15,915 nucleotides of DNA, taken from Candidatus Iainarchaeum sp. Lineage in GTDB: Archaea; Iainarchaeota; Iainarchaeia; Iainarchaeales; VGJJ01. The notes beneath the pieces are model-generated. The model did not search any database and was not told where the DNA came from. It was given only the letters and a program-made list of their open reading frames with translations. Below, in pieces: positions 1 through 5,608 of the stretch (within the stretch, counting starts at the first letter, position 1; every line of letters begins with the position of its first letter). The stretch is taken from NCBI GenBank assembly GCA_043803765.1, contig JAZDJQ010000015.1, positions 1 through 15,915 on the forward strand, read 5' to 3'. The position numbers and the translations under genes were made by a program.

Positions 1-246
1 TATCGGAGGAAAACTACGAAAAAAGATGCACGAAAATTTTGATCAAAAAGAATACGCACAAAGAAATATTGTTGAATCGATTAATTCAGCCATCAAACGA
101 ACCCTCGGAGGGTTCGTGGGTTCCCGCTCGAGCGGGAACCAAGAAAAACAAGCACTCCTAAAGGCACTAACCTACAATTTGGAAATAATCAACCGAAAAA
201 TCACTTTAACGATTAACTTCCTCTAAAAGAGGAAGTCAACAGAGCC
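1..246 (+). mobile_element. Right end of an IS5-family (IS4/IS5 superfamily, DDE) insertion sequence, cut by the window start
   Basis: The transposase C-terminus is followed by GTCAACAGAGCC (235-246). Its reverse complement GGCTCTGTTGAC resembles IS903/IS5-type terminal inverted repeats (GGCTYTGTTG). Unrelated coding sequence starts at 247. Confidence 0.85.
2..226 (+). CDS. DDE transposase, C-terminal part (5' partial)
   Basis: Frame is open from base 2 (IGGKLRKKMHENFDQKEYAQRNIVESINSAIKR...ALTYNL). It contains the Y(2)R(3)E(6)K signature of IS4/IS5 transposases. The ATG at 26 is internal. Confidence 0.9.
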   Translation: MGGKLRKKMHENFDQKEYAQRNIVESINSAIKRTLGGFVGSRSSGNQEKQALLKALTYNLEIINRKITLTINFL

Positions 247-591
247 ACTACTGAGCTTATTCAAAGTAATAATTTTTCACTTCCAACAGGGATTGAGGTT
301 AGTGTAAAAGCCGAAAGAAATGAATCGGGTGATTGGCAAATCTATTATAATGGAACTTCTATTGGACTTATTGTTCATGATGCACAATTTGATACATTTG
401 ATTACGCGCTTTTGCAATATTATCACATAAATGGAGCGGGCGGCCTTTTTGATGATATGAATGTTTTTGTTCCGGATATGAATCTTCCAGCTCCATCAGG
501 AGTATTGAATTTGGATAATTCAACCAGCTCGTTAGGCGTACAGTGTGTAAAAGGCGGTGTTGCACGTGCGGTTTGTTTAGAGCAACCCTAA
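247..591 (+). pseudogene. Startless 3' fragment (114 codons) of a probable secreted or surface protein interrupted by the IS
   Basis: Uninterrupted frame from the IS end to TAA at 589-591 (TTELIQSNNFSLPTGIEVSVKAERNESGDWQIYYNGTSIG...LFDDMNVF...CVKGGVARAVCLEQP). It is beta-rich, has four N-x-S/T sequons and is followed by a T-tract. Not in the ORF track. Confidence 0.7.
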
Positions 592-607
592 AACAATTTT
601 TTTTATT

Positions 608-955
608 TTATTCTATTCCGCATTCCCCTCGGTAGTATGCCCATTCTTCGCATGTTTTTCCATTGGGTAGTGTGCACATTCCTTGTTGTGCTCCTTCTTC
701 ATCCGTGATAATGTTGAGTGTTCCTCCTTGGTTGATGCAGTTCACGGATGCGGGGTTGGCTATTTGATTGTTGGTGCATTCTTCTTCCCATATTCGTATG
801 CATTTTTGTTTTTCTTCACACCAGGTGTATCCTGCGGATCCGATACAACCGTGACTGTCGGCATCTCCTCCAAGTGGAGGATTAGGTGATGCGATGCATC
901 CTGAGAATAGGGTGAGTGCAAGCGCGAGGAGCAGAATGTTTTTTTGGTTCGTCAT
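608..955 (-). CDS. Lipoprotein with a Cys-rich GGD-x-D-x-HGC module and a DUF333 domain
   Basis: ATG at 955 gives a signal peptide with lipobox LFSGC, then GGDADSHGCIGSAGYTWCEEKQKCIRIWEE, then the DUF333 pattern IANPASVNC..QGG...GMCTLPNG.TCEEWAYYRGEC. Confidence 0.85.
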   Translation of the reverse strand: MTNQKNILLLALALTLFSGCIASPNPPLGGDADSHGCIGSAGYTWCEEKQKCIRIWEEECTNNQIANPASVNCINQGGTLNIITDEEGAQQGMCTLPNGKTCEEWAYYRGECGIE

Positions 956-1108
956 ACGCGTTCCAATAAGTTTCACCGTTCTTTTGTCTTAATATTGTTT
1001 TCGTTATTATTTGGTTTTTTACTTTGCTTTTTTTCTTTTTATATTCCCGCTCTTTATTGGTATTTTTTCCCTCGTATTCTTATATTCCTCGGAGGAGTTA
1101 TACATACT

Positions 1109-1687
1109 ATGAATCATTTCTACCTCGACATTGAAACCGTTCCGAATGATAAGGAGGCCTATTTGGCGTTGGGTGAGGAATCACGGAAGAAGCTCTTGAA
1201 TCCTATTGATTCGCATATTGTGGCGATTGGGTTGCAGAAAAACGTGGAGCGTCCTCAAATTCTCTACGGAGAAGATGAGAAGGGATTGTTGGAGGCGTTT
1301 TGGACAGCATTAGCAAATGAGAAAGCGGGAAATAATGCGTATCGCTTAGTTGGGTTTAACGTCAAGGATTTTGATTTGCCTTTCCTTGTTACGCGTAGTT
1401 TTATTCGGGGAGTGAAGATTCAGCCTTTTCTTTTGAAGGATGTGGTGGATATTCGGGAGCAGTTGTCCGTGTTCAAGTACGGTCACACAAGAGGAAAACT
1501 GAAAGAGTATGCGACTCTTATTGGGATTACTATTTTGGATGATATCGAGGGGTCGAAGGTTGCGGAGACGTATTGGGATGGAAAGCATGATTTGTTGAAG
1601 GAATATTTAGCGAAAGACTTGGAAATTACTCAAAAGTTACATCAGCGCATGGTGGAATTGCGGATTACGGATATTGCGAGATGGTAA
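1109..1687 (+). CDS. DEDDy 3'-5' exonuclease (PolB-exonuclease-like / RNase_H_2 family), standalone
   Basis: ExoI YLDIET, ExoII GFNVKDFDLPFL, ExoIII YLAKD. The likely start is ATG 1109, with TTATAT at 1080-1085 and GGAGGA at 1091-1096. Confidence 0.85.
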   Translation: MNHFYLDIETVPNDKEAYLALGEESRKKLLNPIDSHIVAIGLQKNVERPQILYGEDEKGLLEAFWTALANEKAGNNAYRLVGFNVKDFDLPFLVTRSFIRGVKIQPFLLKDVVDIREQLSVFKYGHTRGKLKEYATLIGITILDDIEGSKVAETYWDGKHDLLKEYLAKDLEITQKLHQRMVELRITDIARW

Positions 1688-1764
1688 GAAAGGGGCATTT
1701 TTTTTACAGTAAGTGGTTTTTATCAAAATAAACCTTTTTAAGGAATGAAAATCTCAACGAGTGC

Positions 1765-2256
1765 ATGATGTGGCAGGTGTCCATGGGAGATAGTGTTCTT
1801 CCTATCATAATAGGATTAGTTTGGTTGGTTGTTATTCTTTATTTTGCTTTCTATCGCAAACCTAAGCAAACGCCACAACAAGCAATGGGGAGTAGTTCAT
1901 TACAAGTATATCCAAATGAAAACAACAAGGAAAGCATGACACAACCTATTCCAAAGGTTTCTCTTGAACCTGCTAATCCTATTCCTTTTCCTCGCACCTC
2001 ATCAACGTTGGAAACTCCTCCTGTGCAAAGGGTGATGCAGCAAAACCAAGTGTGGGAGGAAAAAGCGACGCAGCCCGACCCCTTTAGTGGTAAACCTCAA
2101 ACGGAAGTACAGGCGAAAGCCCAGCAGGTATTACTGCTTCTCCCCTATATTCGGCAATATCGTTCGCAGGGATACAATGACCAAAATATTTCGGAATTGC
2201 TTGCGCGGAATGGTTGGCCGGATAATTTGATTCGTATTGCGTTGGATCAGGCATAA
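1765..2256 (+). CDS. Single-pass membrane protein with a Pro/Gln-rich linker and a small C-terminal helical domain
   Basis: N-terminal hydrophobic helix followed by RKPK, a low-complexity linker, and C-terminal YIRQYRSQGY...ISELLARNGW...IRIAL. TATA-like TTTTTAAG at 1735-1742. Confidence 0.75.
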   Translation: MMWQVSMGDSVLPIIIGLVWLVVILYFAFYRKPKQTPQQAMGSSSLQVYPNENNKESMTQPIPKVSLEPANPIPFPRTSSTLETPPVQRVMQQNQVWEEKATQPDPFSGKPQTEVQAKAQQVLLLLPYIRQYRSQGYNDQNISELLARNGWPDNLIRIALDQA

Positions 2257-2269
2257 TTTTTTTGAGGGT

Positions 2270-2800
2270 TTAATTGTTTTCTCCTCGCGGGAATCGGAAG
2301 TATCGGGCGGTACTCCATGATTGGCTTTTTTGGTTGAGCCGATGATTGAGAATCGTATACACGCGAGTGAATTGCTGGAAGAATATTCGCCATTTTTGTT
2401 CGTCCATTTTTCTTGAAAGTGTTGCTAATTCCTTTTCTATTTTTTTCTTTTTCTTTCCGGTTGTCATCCGTTGAACGGTCCGATAGGCGAGTTTTCGTAA
2501 TTCTGGATCTGTTATTCCTGCCTTATCCAATGCATATCGTGCGGCGAGCCGTCCGTTCATTCGTTGGGCTGTCTGGAAATACTTTATTTGGGCATCAATC
2601 CTTTTGGCAATGTAGGTTTCCGGATCCACAACACGGATTCCTGTTCGGAGAACCATTCGGTTGAACGGTTCCGCGACCTTTTTTCCCGCCGTTTTTCGGA
2701 CGGCACGCTGAAGAACCGCCCATGTTCTTTCACGAGTCAAGGGGTTTTCCACTTTTTTCTTCCAGTCGTGGAGTCTTGCGGATTTCCATTTCCTTGCCAT
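2270..2800 (-). CDS. Hypothetical highly basic (Lys/Arg-rich) protein
   Basis: 176-aa ORF with ATG about 30 nt from a TATA-like element. It converges on the previous gene across a T-tract. No recognisable motif. Confidence 0.65.
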   Translation of the reverse strand: MARKWKSARLHDWKKKVENPLTRERTWAVLQRAVRKTAGKKVAEPFNRMVLRTGIRVVDPETYIAKRIDAQIKYFQTAQRMNGRLAARYALDKAGITDPELRKLAYRTVQRMTTGKKKKKIEKELATLSRKMDEQKWRIFFQQFTRVYTILNHRLNQKSQSWSTARYFRFPRGENN

Positions 2801-2830
2801 AGGACAATCTTGTATTCCTATTCGGGGAGG

Positions 2831-2839
2831 ATATATATA
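2831..2839. promoter_or_regulatory. TATA box, probably shared by rnpB (+) and the 2270-2800 gene (-)
   Basis: ATATATATA lies about 23 nt before the RNase P P1 helix and about 30 nt before the divergent ATG at 2800. Confidence 0.65.
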
Positions 2840-2861
2840 GGCTCTCTTCCGATTGAAAGTT

Positions 2862-3146
2862 GGAGTCGCCGGTGGTCCGCTGACGGTGGCCTGGAGAGTT
2901 TGGGGTTTTTCCCTGGGCTTTTTCCAAAGGCTGTTGAGGAAAGTCGGTCCACTCAGTCAAACCCGGAAAGGCTGCGGTAGTGGCTGCGGGGGCACAGAAA
3001 CGGTCTGCATTCGCGTGCAGGATGATTCGTTGAGAGGACGTTGCGCGAAATGCATTGAAACGGGTTCCCGCTCGGGGAGTGCAAGCCATTTATGGCGCTT
3101 AGGCGAATGCGGATAGAACAGAAGACCGCTTATGGCCGGCGACTCT
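2862..3146 (+). ncRNA. rnpB: Archaeal RNase P RNA (about 285 nt, reduced type M-like fold)
   Basis: P1 2863-2873/3135-3145. P2 2875-2880/3109-3114. GAGGAAAGTCGGTC (2936-2949) pairs with GACCGCT (3124-3130) in AACAGAAGACCGCTTA, with the conserved bulged U of P4. P5 2950-2954/3077-3081. ACAGAAA and TGAAAC flank P12, and GCTTAG-GCGAATG precedes P2'. GC-rich island with an upstream TATA box and a downstream T-tract. Confidence 0.95.
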
Positions 3147-3168
3147 TATTTTTTATTTTATTTTTTTT
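3146..3168 (+). terminator. Oligo-T archaeal terminator of rnpB, overlapping the 3' end of the convergent C39 gene
   Basis: Run of T-tracts immediately after P1'. Confidence 0.6.
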
Positions 3169-3659
3169 GTTGCGGTTTTCTTCTTGTGCATATGGCGGGG
3201 TTGAATAACAACCATGTTTCGTAGTAGTAAATCCGATTTTTTTCTCAAATAATCTCCCCTGAAATCGAACCAGTTTCTTTTGAATGTAGTAAGACGCATT
3301 GCCCGGATTTGTCCCCATTCAGGATCCATGAGGTAAATATTTTCGGAGTTCACCCATACTACTACGGAGTAGTGTCCGTCATCCCCATTCCACCAATCAA
3401 CAATAACCGGTATTTCTTTTTCTCTCACCCAATACCGGATATCTCGTAGAGTTGCATTTTCTTCTACGGATGCATTCAATCCTAGTTCTCGGGCAGTTTC
3501 GGATAATTTGTGGATGTTGGTTCCCGTTCTTTTGGTGGCCCCCATTCGGTGCGCAAGGTCTTTTTCTGTTTTTCGTATTCCGAAATAATAGAGAACGGCT
3601 TTTAGGGAGGCGGGACCGCAGAATGCAGTATCTTGTCGAAACGGGCGGATGTTGAGCAT
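3153..3659 (-). CDS. Standalone C39-family cysteine peptidase
   Basis: Q-x4-CG(P)ASL catalytic Cys motif, GHYSVV catalytic His, and LMDP. TATA-like TTTTAAG on the minus strand at 3684-3690. Confidence 0.88.
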   Translation of the reverse strand: MLNIRPFRQDTAFCGPASLKAVLYYFGIRKTEKDLAHRMGATKRTGTNIHKLSETARELGLNASVEENATLRDIRYWVREKEIPVIVDWWNGDDGHYSVVVWVNSENIYLMDPEWGQIRAMRLTTFKRNWFDFRGDYLRKKSDLLLRNMVVIQPRHMHKKKTATKKIK

Positions 3660-3797
3660 GGTAATACGCTCTTGAGGTCATGGCTTAAAATCATACCCCT
3701 GCCCATTTGACATACAATCGCATTTTGTTTGGCTGTTGGCTGTTGGGGTGATTGCGAAATCCTCCTTGTCTATTAGTGCCAATCCATTAATGCGGTT

Positions 3798-3881
3798 GCA
3801 GGTGTGCCGCAGCGGTCAACCGGGCTAGCTTGAGGTGCTAGTGACTCAGTGTCTTCGGCGGTTCGAATCCGCCCACCTGCA
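3798..3881 (+). tRNA. tRNA-Leu (anticodon GAG), long variable arm, no intron, CCA not encoded
   Basis: Acceptor GCAGGTG/CACCTGC with discriminator A. Anticodon arm CTAGC-TTGAGGT-GCTAG. Variable arm GAC-TCAGT-GTC. T arm GGCGG-TTCGAAT-CCGCC. Confidence 0.97.
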
Positions 3882-3918
3882 TTAAATGTTAAATAAAGGT
3901 GTAAAAAAAGGTGTTAAT

Positions 3919-4242
3919 ATGAAAATTGGAATTGTAGTAAGTACAAACGAACCGGAGATTGTCTGGAATGCCTTTCGATTTGGAGTTACCGCACTGACTT
4001 CAAAACACCAGGTAAAGATTTTTTTGATAAATAAGGGTGTGGAATTGGAGGACATCGGAAATGAAAAATATGATGTGAAAGAGCAGGTCAATTTTTTTGT
4101 GGGGAACAAAGGTCAGATATTGGCTTGTGGAACGTGTTTGAAATCAAGGCAGAAAGGGGATAGTGCTGTTTGTCCGATTTCAACCATGAAAGACTTATTG
4201 AAATTAGTTGAGGAGTCTGACAGAATCCTAACGTTTGGCTGA
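3919..4242 (+). CDS. DsrE/DsrF-like family protein
   Basis: MKIGIVVST..E..WNAFRF, VKIFL..KGVE, ACGTCLKSR, CPISTMKDL..LVEESDRILTF. SD-like AGGTG at 3909-3913 supports ATG 3919 over 3886. Confidence 0.85.
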   Translation: MKIGIVVSTNEPEIVWNAFRFGVTALTSKHQVKIFLINKGVELEDIGNEKYDVKEQVNFFVGNKGQILACGTCLKSRQKGDSAVCPISTMKDLLKLVEESDRILTFG

Positions 4243-4317
4243 AACATGTTTTAATATCAGTTTGAATGTTGGTTCGAATGGCGTACACTGTACTAACCGG
4301 TCAAACAATCCAATAGG

Positions 4318-5088
4318 ATGAAGATGCAAATGAGTGTTAATAAAACTCAAAAGAACAAGGCTGCTTGGGCGGTTGCATTTGATATTGATTGTGTAATAAC
4401 TAAAGGCGATATGATTAATTTTATCTCGGAAAATATTGGAAAGAAAGAAGAAGGAAATAAATGGGAAAAACGTTACCACGAATTGATGTTTGATGCTAAA
4501 ACGGATAGCGAATTAGAAAAAGCGGCAGAGGAAGGTTTGCGAAGCAAATATCATTCTGTTTTGGGTTTGGATTTAGATAGATTGAAAGAATTGATCAAAA
4601 CCATTCCTCTAACTGAACGGACTAAGGAAGCCCTTGATATCCTTCATAAGGAAAATGCCAAAATAATACTTGTTTCTGCGACATTATTGCCAATAGCTAA
4701 AGACCTCGCAGAAGTAAATTCTCTTCCGGTTGACCATTATATATGCTCAACATGCAATACTAAACAAGGAAAAATCGGTAAGACTAAGTTTATTTTAACC
4801 CCTAAAAAGAAGGGCGAACAACTAGCAACTCTGCTTAAAGATTTGGGTATCCCACTGACCAATTGTTTTGCCGTTGGAGATTCTATATCTGAAAAATACA
4901 TGTTTGAATTAGTAGGAAAGGGTAATAGTATTGGTTTTAATTGTCGAGCAAAGATGAGACCCCGCGTCGGATCCATCATTTATGAATATGGAGACAATAA
5001 AAGAGAACTATTGAGTGTGGCAAAACTAATTATTGAAAAAAGGTCTGCGGAAACAATTGAAACAAAGGAAAGTTGGAGAAAAAAATAA
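4318..5088 (+). CDS. HAD-superfamily hydrolase (phosphoserine phosphatase-like, subfamily IB)
   Basis: Motif I AFDID, motif II LVSAT, a motif III Lys (TPKKK), motif IV AVGDSISE. Start uncertain (4318, 4324 or 4330). Confidence 0.8.
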   Translation: MKMQMSVNKTQKNKAAWAVAFDIDCVITKGDMINFISENIGKKEEGNKWEKRYHELMFDAKTDSELEKAAEEGLRSKYHSVLGLDLDRLKELIKTIPLTERTKEALDILHKENAKIILVSATLLPIAKDLAEVNSLPVDHYICSTCNTKQGKIGKTKFILTPKKKGEQLATLLKDLGIPLTNCFAVGDSISEKYMFELVGKGNSIGFNCRAKMRPRVGSIIYEYGDNKRELLSVAKLIIEKRSAETIETKESWRKK

Positions 5089-5089
5089 G

Positions 5090-5123
5090 TAACGACGCCG
5101 TGTAAAAAATCACAGCGTCGTTA
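5090..5123. terminator. Inverted repeat between the convergent HAD and DUF1761 genes
   Basis: TAACGACGCCGTG (5090-5102) and CACAGCGTCGTTA (5111-5123) are complementary at 12 of 13 positions around an 8-nt AT loop. Confidence 0.5.
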
Positions 5124-5529
5124 GCACAATGGACATCGCCAGGGTGGATACCAAATAGTGTCCGCTGGAGAGATAGAACCATTCTATGGTTTTCTTTCCG
5201 TGTAGAACGCTCATCATTTTGGTTACGGCGATAAATCCCAGCCATACCCAGAATCCAATGATGACTCCGTCAACAACGGTACTTACGACAATCCATCCAA
5301 AGAGTTGTGCCAGAACAAATGCCTGCACTAATAGTAGGATGAATCCTTTTACCATTGTGTCAGACGACAATCCCTTTGTTCCTTTTTTCATATCCTTGGT
5401 GGAATGTCCTGATATTCTCATCCATTGCTTTCCGAAGAAAGAAGGGGAGTACCAGAGATTTCCTATGATTAAACTGACAACCGCTGCTACGATAACCGCC
5501 AGCCAGTTGACTCCTAATACTGCGATCAT
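5110..5529 (-). CDS. DUF1761 family membrane protein
   Basis: VNWLAVIVAAVV...IG.LWYSP..FGKQWM signature, four hydrophobic segments, and a GGAGG SD upstream on the minus strand. Confidence 0.88.
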   Translation of the reverse strand: MIAVLGVNWLAVIVAAVVSLIIGNLWYSPSFFGKQWMRISGHSTKDMKKGTKGLSSDTMVKGFILLLVQAFVLAQLFGWIVVSTVVDGVIIGFWVWLGFIAVTKMMSVLHGKKTIEWFYLSSGHYLVSTLAMSIVLTTL

Positions 5530-5567
5530 GTTCCTATCGCCTCCTCTTTATGGGAAAAAGCCCCTCC

Positions 5568-5574
5568 TTTAAAT
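5568..5574. promoter_or_regulatory. Palindromic TTTAAA TATA-like box between the divergent DUF1761 gene and alaS
   Basis: Lies centrally, about 39 nt from ATG 5529 and about 35 nt from ATG 5609. Confidence 0.5.
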
Positions 5575-5608
5575 GCTTGCGCTGGTTGGGTAGGTTGGGG
5601 AGTAGTAG

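Noticed and set aside
368-565. 65-aa minus-strand ORF
   Set aside because: It is antisense to the more protein-like plus-strand frame 247-591.
944-1108. Hydrophobic N-terminal extension that would make the exonuclease membrane-anchored
   Set aside because: It comes from a T-rich intergenic tract and overlaps the divergent lipoprotein start. Promoter and SD signals support ATG 1109.
2853-3116. 87-aa Cys/Gly-rich ORF resembling a zinc-finger protein, plus overlapping ORFs 2730-3089 and 2564-2980
   Set aside because: They are shadows of the GC-rich RNase P RNA, whose conserved motifs and helices explain the sequence.
3671-3746. CTTGAGGT copy of the anticodon loop and the GGCTGTT tandem upstream of the tRNA
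   Set aside because: Too short, and they form no cloverleaf, split-tRNA half or repeat array.
4271-4279. GGTTCGAAT matching the tRNA T-loop, a possible att site or tRNA remnant
   Set aside because: Only 9 bp, with no flanking T-stem or acceptor match and no integrase. Chance is likely.
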